Part shown: positions 45,868 to 53,689 of the stretch, one piece after another
Position numbering within the stretch: position 1 is the first letter of the stretch
Layout: each line of letters begins with the position of its first letter
Source: an uncultured Acidimicrobiia bacterium
Lineage (GTDB): Bacteria; Actinomycetota; Acidimicrobiia; Acidimicrobiales; AC-14
Reading direction: 5' to 3'
DNA: 64,000 bases
Assembly (NCBI GenBank): GCA_963836205.1
Contig: CAWIIV010000007.1
Location: 250,536-314,535, forward strand
Program-made: the position numbers and the translations under genes
The notes under the pieces: model-generated
The model's database searches: none
Seen by the model: the letters and a program-made list of their open reading frames with translations, nothing else
Told to the model about the DNA's origin: nothing

Positions 45868-48753
45868 TCAGCTGTTCGACATGGCGCCCGAGGCTACCCG
45901 TCCCGCCACCCAGGCGGTGAGCTGCAGGAACCGCTCCCAGGGGAAGCCGGGGCCGGGGTCGAAGTCGCGGTTGGCGGCGATCCCGGCCTGGCCGTCGTGC
46001 CACTGTTCGACCGTGATGCGCCGCACGGCGATCCCGTGGCGCACGGCCCGTATCCCGGCCCACGTGGCCGCCCGCACGAGGAGGGCCTCCTCCCGGGCGG
46101 GGTCGGTGCCCCACGCCGACGGGTCGTAGGCGAGGGCCAGGTCGATGGCGGCCGAGCTGGAGCGGACGCCGTGGAGGGCGGTGGCCTCGTCCGGGAGGAG
46201 GTCGACGATGACGTCGGGGTCGACGACGGCGTGGGCCGCCTCCGGCTGGTCGACGGACGCCAGGTGAGCGGCGACGGCGTCGGCCGTGCCGCCGGGGAGC
46301 GTGTGGAGGACGACGGCCCGGATCCCGCCGTAACGGGTCGGGTAGTACCAGCCGTGCTTGCCGTTGGCCCGGAGGGTCGCGTGGGCGTTCTGGTGCTCGA
46401 GCAGGTAGTACGAGGGCTCGGCGCTGACCTGGGCGATGAGCTCGTCCGGCGTCGGGAGCGGCCGTCGGGGCCGGGGGAGTGAGGGAGCGGGAGCCCCATT
46501 GGCCGGCCGGGACGGTTCGAGGCCCTCACCCTCGGTCGACTCATGGGTCGGTACGGCCGCGCCAACGGCCGCCGCCGTCTCGACCGGCGCCACCTCGACA
46601 GGCAGCGGCGCCGAGTCCGGCGCCTCCCCGATCGGTGCCTCCGAGACCGACGATTCCGAGACCCGCCGTTCCGAGGACGGCAAAGGCTCAGCGACCGACT
46701 CCGGGACCGGCGACTCCGGGACCGTCGCGGCGTCGACCGGCATCGGCCGCGGCGCCCATACGGGGCGCTCCGCGTCCGGCGGCTCCGAAGTGGGCAACGC
46801 CGAGGCGACTGGCGACTCGGAGACCGTTCCCGCCTGGACGAGCGGCGCCCCCCAGACTGGCCGCGGCCCGATCGACGGCGCCTCCGGGATCGGCCGAGGC
46901 TCCCAGGCTGGTCGGTGCCCGACCGGCGGCGGCGCGTCCGGCGTCTCCGAGACCGGCGCGGGCGCGGCGACCGTCGCCTCCGGGACCGGCACCGGTTCGT
47001 CGTCCTCCGGTTTCGAGTCGGCGGTCTCGTCGGCCATGGCCGTGGCCGGCGGCGGATCGGTCAGGGTGACCATCCGGTGCCAGAGGAACGTCGTGTCGCC
47101 CGAGAGGAGGCCGAGGTCGCCGGCCTCGAACTCGACCCCGGTGACGAGGCGGGCGGGGATGGCGTGCTCCCGCATCTTGGCCTCGGCCCACCGGCCGGCG
47201 TGGCCGAACACGGCCTCGTCGACGGACGGTTCCTGGCCCAGTCCGGCCAGGAGCAGGACCAGGATCGCCTCGTCGTGCTCGGGCTGGTGAACGGCGACCA
47301 CGTCGTCGGGCAGGAGGTCGAGGGCGCCGTCGACGTCGACCAGCACGTGGGCCGACGCCGGCGTCTCACCCATCGCCAGCTCCGACGCCGCCGCCCCCGC
47401 GGTGTGGGCCTCGACGGTGTCGACCACGATGCCCCGGATCGGTTGGGTCCGACCGTCGCGGTACCAACCCCGCTTGCCGTTGGCCTGGCGGGGGGCGTGG
47501 GGATTCTGGCGTTCGAGGAGGTAGAACGACCCGTGGCGCCCGCCGGCCACCACGAGGGGGACGACCGGCATCGTGGGATGGTCCTCGACGAGGATCGCAG
47601 GCGCGGTCGGCACGTCGACGTCGGGGGATGCACTGCCGTCGGCGACGACGGGGACCTCGAGGGTGCCTCCCCACCCGCCCCCGTCGTCGCCGTCAAAGCC
47701 GTCGTCGGCCCAGCCGTCGTCGGTCGGCCGCCCCCGATCCGCCCTCCTCGCCCGCCGCCCTCGCCGGCGCCGCCGCCGCACCATCAGCAACACGAGCAGC
47801 AGCAACGCCACTCCCGCCGCCGCCAGTCCGGCGATGGGCAGGATCGACGCCTTGGCCTCTTCGACCCGGAAGGCGATGGTGGCCAGCTCGACCGACGGGT
47901 CGTCGTCGGCCACCAGGGCCAGGGTGTGGGGGCCCGCCTCGGCGTCCCTCGGGATGCTCATCTCGAAACTCCCGGAGGTGCCGGCGACGGGCGGCTCGCC
48001 CGGCACCGTCTTGCCGTCGAGGATCACCCGCAGGGTGCGGACCTCGGTGCACGTGCCCACCAGCCCGTAGGTGGTCGTGCCCGTGACCTTGGCCCCCGGC
48101 CGGCCCCGGAGCGGTGCGACGGCGAATCGCTTCAGCGCCACCTGGCGGGGCGGGCAGACGGCACCGATCCCCTGCCCCGTGCCGGTGGTGGAGGCTCCGG
48201 TCAGCACGCCGGCCACCGAGGTCGAGTTTGGTGGCCCGGTGGTCGTGGGCTGCGGGGTGGTCGAAGCAGTGGAGCCGGTCGTCGCGGTGCGGGCGACTGT
48301 CGTCGGCGCGCCCACCGCGCCCACGACGACGTTGTTCTCCGTGGCCGAGACGGGTGCGGAGCTGATCGGGGGCGTGGTCGGCGCCGGTGCGGTGGTGGTG
48401 GGCGTGGCCGTGACCCGGAAGGTGAAGCTCTGCGACGGCGCCGTGCCCTCGAGCACGATGCCTTCGGCCAGGATGGTGTGGTTGCCGGCGGCGGTGGGCG
48501 GCACCTCGAACACGAGGGTGGTGGCGTCCTGGCAGTCTCGCGCTCCCGCCACCGGTTCACCGTCGAAGAACACGACGCAGCCCGCTCCGAAGTCGGTGAG
48601 GGTGACGCTCACCGTCGTGCCCACGGGGCCGCTCTGCGGATCCACAGTCACCGTGTACGCGGCGGCAGGGCCCTGTCCGAGCCATGGGCCCGCGAGCAGG
48701 GCGAGAACCACCAACAACCAGCGTCGAGCAGGCGGGGCAGCCTGGCCGGTCAT
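45868..48753 (-). CDS. Single-pass membrane protein (signal, Ig-like x2, TM) with two cytoplasmic degenerate Amidase_2/PGRP-like domains
   Basis: Ectodomain is paralogous to 33719. TM followed by RRRRRRGRR. Repeated domain YLLE.QN.HA...NGK.GWY...IR.VV(D/H)T...AH..VD, the second ending [11 protein letters not shown]. Confidence 0.8.
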   Translation of the reverse strand: MTGQAAPPARRWLLVVLALLAGPWLGQGPAAAYTVTVDPQSGPVGTTVSVTLTDFGAGCVVFFDGEPVAGARDCQDATTLVFEVPPTAAGNHTILAEGIVLEGTAPSQSFTFRVTATPTTTAPAPTTPPISSAPVSATENNVVVGAVGAPTTVARTATTGSTASTTPQPTTTGPPNSTSVAGVLTGASTTGTGQGIGAVCPPRQVALKRFAVAPLRGRPGAKVTGTTTYGLVGTCTEVRTLRVILDGKTVPGEPPVAGTSGSFEMSIPRDAEAGPHTLALVADDDPSVELATIAFRVEEAKASILPIAGLAAAGVALLLLVLLMVRRRRRRGRRARRADRGRPTDDGWADDGFDGDDGGGWGGTLEVPVVADGSASPDVDVPTAPAILVEDHPTMPVVPLVVAGGRHGSFYLLERQNPHAPRQANGKRGWYRDGRTQPIRGIVVDTVEAHTAGAAASELAMGETPASAHVLVDVDGALDLLPDDVVAVHQPEHDEAILVLLLAGLGQEPSVDEAVFGHAGRWAEAKMREHAIPARLVTGVEFEAGDLGLLSGDTTFLWHRMVTLTDPPPATAMADETADSKPEDDEPVPVPEATVAAPAPVSETPDAPPPVGHRPAWEPRPIPEAPSIGPRPVWGAPLVQAGTVSESPVASALPTSEPPDAERPVWAPRPMPVDAATVPESPVPESVAEPLPSSERRVSESSVSEAPIGEAPDSAPLPVEVAPVETAAAVGAAVPTHESTEGEGLEPSRPANGAPAPSLPRPRRPLPTPDELIAQVSAEPSYYLLEHQNAHATLRANGKHGWYYPTRYGGIRAVVLHTLPGGTADAVAAHLASVDQPEAAHAVVDPDVIVDLLPDEATALHGVRSSSAAIDLALAYDPSAWGTDPAREEALLVRAATWAGIRAVRHGIAVRRITVEQWHDGQAGIAANRDFDPGPGFPWERFLQLTAWVAGRVASGAMSNS

Positions 48754-48821
48754 GCCGTCCCCCTCAGTTAGCGCCCGCCAATGCTACCGCCGAGCCTGTG
48801 GAAAAGTACGGATGGCCCGGA

Positions 48822-49169
48822 TCAGCCCACGAAAGCCCAGGCCTCGATCTCCACCAGCGCCCCCATGGGCAGGCCCGCGACCCCCACCGTGGCCCGGGCC
48901 GGACGGTGCTCACCGAAGACTTCGGCGTACACCTCGTTCATGGCCGGGAAGTCCTCGATGTGGCGCAGGTAGACGGTGGTCTTGACCACGTCGGCCAGCG
49001 ACGCGCCCTCCGTGTCGAGCACCGCGGCCAGGTTGGCCAGCACCTGGCGGGTCTGTTCGGGGACGCCACCGTCGACGATGGCGCCACCCGACAGCGGGAT
49101 CTGGCCGGAGACGGCCAGCCACTCTCCTGCTCGGACGACCGGGCGGTAGGGCCCGATCGGGGTGCTCAG
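48822..49169 (-). CDS. RidA/YjgF family protein (apparent CTG start)
   Basis: STPIGPYRP...SGQIP...VVKTTVYL...MNEVY...PARATVGVAGLP..ALVEIE. Confidence 0.88.
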   Translation of the reverse strand: MSTPIGPYRPVVRAGEWLAVSGQIPLSGGAIVDGGVPEQTRQVLANLAAVLDTEGASLADVVKTTVYLRHIEDFPAMNEVYAEVFGEHRPARATVGVAGLPMGALVEIEAWAFVG

Positions 49170-49177
49170 CTGGAGGC

Positions 49178-49498
49178 CTAGCTGAAGGAGGAGCCGCAGC
49201 CGCAGCTACGGGTGGCGTTGGGGTTGTTGATGGCGAACCCGGCGCCCTGGAGGCCGTCCTTGTAGTCGAGCTGGGCACCCGTGAGCAGCGGGGCGCTGGC
49301 CGCGTCGACGACGACCTTCACGCCACCGAGCTCGACGACGCTGTCGTCGGCGGTGAACTCGGTGTCGAAGAACATCTCGTAGCTGTAGCCCGAGCACCCG
49401 CCGGGACGAACGGCGACCCGCAAAGCCAGATCGTCGTTCCCCTCGGCCTTGATGAGCTCCTGGACCTTGGTGGTGGCGCTATCGGTGAGGGTGATCAT
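49178..49498 (-). CDS. A-type Fe-S carrier (HesB/IscA/ErpA)
   Basis: GGCSGYSY and NPNATRSCGCGSSF. Confidence 0.95.
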   Translation of the reverse strand: MITLTDSATTKVQELIKAEGNDDLALRVAVRPGGCSGYSYEMFFDTEFTADDSVVELGGVKVVVDAASAPLLTGAQLDYKDGLQGAGFAINNPNATRSCGCGSSFS

Positions 49499-49538
49499 CC
49501 CTACTCCTCCTGAAACGAAAATCCGGCTGTTGACAATT

Positions 49539-50201
49539 CTAACGGACAGAGAGCTCTACCTGGCAGGGGTCTCGGTCGGCGAGCGTTCCGAACCTTTCAA
49601 CGCTGGCGCCGCCGATCTGTTCCACGTATCCCTGGACGAGGCCCCGGTGCAGGTGGCAGACCACCTCGGGATGGGCCGCGGCCAGCTCGGCGAAGGGGCA
49701 GTGGGTGAAGGCGATGGTGGCCACCTCGTCGTCGGCGACCACCGCGGGGTCGAAGCCGAGGTCGGCCAACATGGTGGTGACGGCCTCGACGCACGCCTTG
49801 CGGGGGACACCGCCGTTGGCCTTGGCCATGGCCCGGCCCGCCTCCGCACCCACGAGGGCCACGTCGTCGGGTTCGAGCTCGGAAGCGGCGGCCAGGGGTG
49901 CGAGCATGCGGGCGAGGAGGGGGAAGGCGGGGGCCTCGAGGCCGAGCGAAGGCGCGTCGGGAGCGAGGGCGTAGCGGTGCTGGGGCCGGCCGACGCTGCC
50001 CCGGCCGTCGGCCTCCACGTGCAGCAGTCCGACGTCGCGCATGCGCTCCAGGTGGGGGCGGACGGTGTTGGGGTGCAGCCCGAGCGACTCGGCGATGTCG
50101 GCAGTGGTGCGGGGGGACCCGGCCCGGGCCAGCTCCAGGTAGATGGCGTACCGGGTGTTGTCGCCCAACGCCTTGAGGACGTCGAGCCGCGGGGTCTCCA
50201 T
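49539..50201 (-). CDS. ArsR/SufR-like HTH metalloregulator
   Basis: KALGDNTRYAIY, LHPNTVRPHL, GRPQHRY, C-terminal HCPF...VCHLHRG...C. Confidence 0.85.
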   Translation of the reverse strand: METPRLDVLKALGDNTRYAIYLELARAGSPRTTADIAESLGLHPNTVRPHLERMRDVGLLHVEADGRGSVGRPQHRYALAPDAPSLGLEAPAFPLLARMLAPLAAASELEPDDVALVGAEAGRAMAKANGGVPRKACVEAVTTMLADLGFDPAVVADDEVATIAFTHCPFAELAAAHPEVVCHLHRGLVQGYVEQIGGASVERFGTLADRDPCQVELSVR

Positions 50202-50206
50202 CGGGT

Positions 50207-50238
50207 TGGATATTACCGGGCCAGACCGGTAAAATCCA
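50207..50238. promoter_or_regulatory. 13-bp inverted repeat carrying back-to-back -10 elements
   Basis: TGGATATTACCGG-N6-CCGGTAAAATCCA (1 mismatch). TAAAAT lies 6 nt before the mrp ATG; minus-strand TAATAT lies 8 nt before the regulator ATG. Confidence 0.7.
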
Positions 50239-50241
50239 GAC

Positions 50242-51396
50242 ATGGCCGCTGCCCCCACTGAGGAAGACGTTCGGGGCACGCTCCGGGGCGTCGTCGACCC
50301 CGAGCTGGGGGCCAACATCGTCGACCTCGGCATGGTCAACGCCATCGACGTCGGCGACGACGGGTTCGTCCTGGTCACGGTGGCGCTGACGATCAGCGGC
50401 TGCCCGCTGCGGGTGCAGATCCGCGACGACGTGGAGTCCAAGGTGCGGGGCCTGCCCGGCGTCACCGGGGTGACGGTGAAGTTCGGCGAGATGGACCAAG
50501 CCCAACGGAGCGCGGTCATGCAGCGGGCCCGCCGCCACGCCGCCGACCACGCCCCCGAGACCGAGGTCCCGCTCACCACCCGCATCATCGCCATCGCCAG
50601 CGGCAAGGGGGGCGTGGGCAAGAGCAGCGTCACCGTCAACCTGGCGTCGGCCCTGGCCTTCCGGGGCTTCTCCGTGGGCGTGCTCGACGCCGACATCTGG
50701 GGCTTCTCCGTCCCCCGCATGCTGGGCCTCAGTGGACGGCTGGAAGGCACCGACCAGGGCCAGATCAGCCCGCTCGAAGTGCCGGTGGGCGCCGGTCGGA
50801 TCAAGGTGGTCAGCATGGGCTTCCTCGTCGACGACGAGGACATGGCCATCATGTGGCGGGGATTGATGCTGGCCAAGGCGCTGGAGGAGTTCCTGGTCAA
50901 GGTCGCCTGGGGTCCGATGGACTACCTGCTGGTCGACATGCCCCCGGGCACGGGCGACGTGCAGATGGCCCTCGGCCGGCTCCTGCCCCGGACGGAGATG
51001 GTGGTCGTCACCACGCCCGCCCTGGCCGCCCAGAAGGTGGCGGTCCGGGTGGCCGACATGGCCCGCCGCTCCTACCTCAAGGTGCTCGGCGTGATCGAGA
51101 ACATGAGCTCGTTCACGTGCGACCACGGCGAGACGTACCCGCTGTTCGGCGTCGGCGGCGGCGAGACCCTGGCCACCGACCTCGGCGTGCCCCTCCTGGG
51201 GCGGATCCCGCTGGAGCCCGAGGTCAGCCTGGCCAACGACGCCGGCAAGCCCCTCTCGGTGGCGGCACCGGCGAGCGCGGCCGGATCGGTGTTCGCCGCC
51301 ATCGCCGACCTAATCGCCGACGAGCTGCTCCCCCCCGTCGACATGGCCGGCTGCACCGCCCGCATGCTGGCTGCCGTCGAACAGGCCCTGGGCTAA
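50242..51396 (+). CDS. mrp: Mrp/ApbC/NBP35 Fe-S carrier ATPase
   Basis: DPELGANIVDLG (DUF59), GCP, SGKGGVGKS, DADIWGFS, DMPPGTGD, ENMS. Confidence 0.95.
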   Translation: MAAAPTEEDVRGTLRGVVDPELGANIVDLGMVNAIDVGDDGFVLVTVALTISGCPLRVQIRDDVESKVRGLPGVTGVTVKFGEMDQAQRSAVMQRARRHAADHAPETEVPLTTRIIAIASGKGGVGKSSVTVNLASALAFRGFSVGVLDADIWGFSVPRMLGLSGRLEGTDQGQISPLEVPVGAGRIKVVSMGFLVDDEDMAIMWRGLMLAKALEEFLVKVAWGPMDYLLVDMPPGTGDVQMALGRLLPRTEMVVVTTPALAAQKVAVRVADMARRSYLKVLGVIENMSSFTCDHGETYPLFGVGGGETLATDLGVPLLGRIPLEPEVSLANDAGKPLSVAAPASAAGSVFAAIADLIADELLPPVDMAGCTARMLAAVEQALG

Positions 51397-51517
51397 GCCC
51401 CGCCCGGGTCAGCCGCGGAGCATCGCCCCGCCGCACACCACCGCAGGTCGGGCGACCGTCGACATCGGCCCCGAGGGGCTTTGTTTCAACCGGGCCGCCT
51501 ATCGGTACGTTCCGGCC

Positions 51518-51679
51518 ATGAACGCAACCGTTTTGTGGGTCATCGCCGTCATCCTGGCCATCGTGGGCATCGTGCAGCTGCTCCAGGGCCAGATCATCTT
51601 CGGCATCATCTTGCTCATCGCGGCCGCGGCCGTCGGCCCGGGCGGGTGGTCGGTCTTCCGGGGCCGCTCGCGCGTCTAA
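51518..51679 (+). CDS. GPGG-motif small membrane protein (53 aa)
   Basis: Manual translation: MNATVLWVIAVILAIVGIVQLLQGQIIFGIILLIAAAAVGPGGWSVFRGRSRV. Upstream GTTT-N16-CGGTAC resembles a SigB/SigF-type promoter. Confidence 0.8.
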   Translation: MNATVLWVIAVILAIVGIVQLLQGQIIFGIILLIAAAAVGPGGWSVFRGRSRV

Positions 51680-51752
51680 CTCCAAGCGCCCAACCAAGAA
51701 GTGCAATCGAGGGCGGTCGGCTCTGCCGGCCGCCCTCGGCCCGTCACGATCC

Positions 51753-52361
51753 TCAGGCGGCGCGTAGCTCCTGGGCCAAGGCGGCCTTGGCGTCGTCGAT
51801 GAAGTGGCCGTGGCCGGGGGCGATGCCGCGGAGGGGCGGGCGCAGCTTCGACAGCCGTTCGATCGACGCCAGCCAGCCGGCGGCGTCGAGGTCGGCGGGG
51901 GCGGCCAGGTCGTCGCCACAGTCGTCGCCCCGGACGAGGTCGCCCGCGATGAGGATGCGGTCGTCCTCCAGCAGGTAGCAGAGGTGGTCGGGGGCCATGC
52001 CCGGCGTGTGCAGGGCGAGCAGGCGGAACTCGGTGGCCTCCACCTCGTAGCCCTCGCCGATCTCGACGTCGGGCACGAACCCGCTCCCGGCCCCGAAGCC
52101 CAGCACCTGGGCCCCGGTGCGGGCGGCGACCGCGGCCGCCCCCTCGGCGTGGCCCCGGGCGGTGGAAGTCACCAGGATCCACCGGATGCGGTCGCCGCCG
52201 CAGCCGACGATGGCGTCGACGTGGTCGGGGTCGGCCGAGCCGGGGTCGATCACCGCGATCTCGTCGATGCCGACCAGATAGGTGTTGGTGCCGGTGGGCG
52301 ACACGATGCGGCGGACGAGGGGCCGCAGGGCGTTGGGCACGCCCGGGGAGAGGTCAGCCAC
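51753..52361 (-). CDS. MBL-fold hydrolase homolog with degenerate metal site
   Basis: GTNTYLVG, IDPG, HTPG, AGD and APGHG are present, but HxHxDH reads STARGH. Confidence 0.8.
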   Translation of the reverse strand: MADLSPGVPNALRPLVRRIVSPTGTNTYLVGIDEIAVIDPGSADPDHVDAIVGCGGDRIRWILVTSTARGHAEGAAAVAARTGAQVLGFGAGSGFVPDVEIGEGYEVEATEFRLLALHTPGMAPDHLCYLLEDDRILIAGDLVRGDDCGDDLAAPADLDAAGWLASIERLSKLRPPLRGIAPGHGHFIDDAKAALAQELRAA

Positions 52362-52743
52362 GTTCCACCCGGATGAACTTCCGCCCCACCCGGTACAGGG
52401 CCGCGCTGCGGATGGCGGCCCGCACCGGCGGGAGCAGGAGCAGGATGCCGCAGATGTCGGTGACGAAGCCGGGCGAGATGAGCAGGGCGCCGGCGACCAT
52501 GATCAGCACCCCGTCGGCGATCTCCCGCCCCGGCACCACGCCCGTCTGGACCTGCTGGTGGAACCGTTTCCACACGCCCATGCCTTCGCGCTTGACCAGC
52601 CACGCCCCGACGAAGCTCACGATCAGCAGGGCGGCGATGGTGTTGAACACCCCGATCGCCTGCCCGACCTGGAGGATCACGGCCAGCTCGATGATCGGCA
52701 GGATGATGAACAGGAGGGCGAGCAACGCGACCACGACCTCCAT
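52354..52743 (-). CDS. fxsA: FxsA family membrane protein
   Basis: LPIIELAVI, GAWLVKREG, AGALLISPGFVTD. Confidence 0.9.
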   Translation of the reverse strand: MEVVVALLALLFIILPIIELAVILQVGQAIGVFNTIAALLIVSFVGAWLVKREGMGVWKRFHQQVQTGVVPGREIADGVLIMVAGALLISPGFVTDICGILLLLPPVRAAIRSAALYRVGRKFIRVERG

Positions 52744-52767
52744 GGTACGCCCGGTACTGTCCTACCG

Positions 52768-53670
52768 ATGCCGCTGGACAATGACCGGTGGGCGAGCCCT
52801 GCCCCGGCCGCGACGCAGCGGCGCCGGCGCAACGGGCTCATCCAGCGCCATCTGTGGCCGCCGAGCGTCCCGGGGTTCATCGTCATCGCCGTCGTGGCGT
52901 CGATCGTCGTCGGGCTGATCGGCGGCTACTGCTACACCCAGTCGGGGAGCGCCAAGGTCGTCCTCCAGGACCCTGCCGGGCCCGAGCCGGTCGCCGACGT
53001 CAGCATCCCGCTGGCCGCTACGCCCGAGGAGACGACAAGCACCACGGCCCCCACCCTGTCGGTGGAGGCCCTGGGCGCCCGGGTGGCGCCCTCGATCTGG
53101 CGGGTGAGCACGCTCGACGAGGCCGGCCGTCCGGTCGAGGCCTCGGCGGTGGTGGCGGGCTCCTTCGGCGGCCAGAGCTACCTCTTGACGACGTTCGCCG
53201 CGGTGCGGGCGTCGACCCGGGTGCCCGGCCCAGCACTCGTGGTCCGCAACGGCGGCTCGGAATCGCCGGCCACCCTGTGGACCTGGGACGAGGACAGGGA
53301 CGTCGCCCTCCTCGTCATCTCCCGCCCCGCCCCGCCCCTGCTCTGGGCCACCGACAGTCCCGAAGGTGAGGTCGACGACCGGGTGTTCGTGGCTGCCGAA
53401 GGGGCGGGCCTGGCGCCGGGGAAGATCCTGACGACATCGGGCACGGCCATCCAGCACAACATCTCCATCGACGACCGCCGCCAGGGCGGGGCCCTGATCA
53501 ACGAGAAGGGCGAGGTGCTGGCCATGGTGTCCCGGGACTACGACCCGGGCGGCGTCGGCACCGACCGCATCTTCGTGGCCTTGCCCATGCGGTCGACGTG
53601 CGGCCAGATCCTCCAGTGCGGCGGTGGCAACGCGACCGTCGGGGCGACCACCACCACCGTCGCCGACTGA
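52768..53670 (+). CDS. Membrane-anchored trypsin-like (HtrA-type) domain protein, catalytic His/Ser apparently absent
   Basis: One TM; YLLTTFAAV in place of LTNxHV, RDVALL retained, RRQGGALINEKGEV in place of GNSGGPL. Confidence 0.7.
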   Translation: MPLDNDRWASPAPAATQRRRRNGLIQRHLWPPSVPGFIVIAVVASIVVGLIGGYCYTQSGSAKVVLQDPAGPEPVADVSIPLAATPEETTSTTAPTLSVEALGARVAPSIWRVSTLDEAGRPVEASAVVAGSFGGQSYLLTTFAAVRASTRVPGPALVVRNGGSESPATLWTWDEDRDVALLVISRPAPPLLWATDSPEGEVDDRVFVAAEGAGLAPGKILTTSGTAIQHNISIDDRRQGGALINEKGEVLAMVSRDYDPGGVGTDRIFVALPMRSTCGQILQCGGGNATVGATTTTVAD

Positions 53671-53689
53671 CGACGGTCGACGCCGCCCG

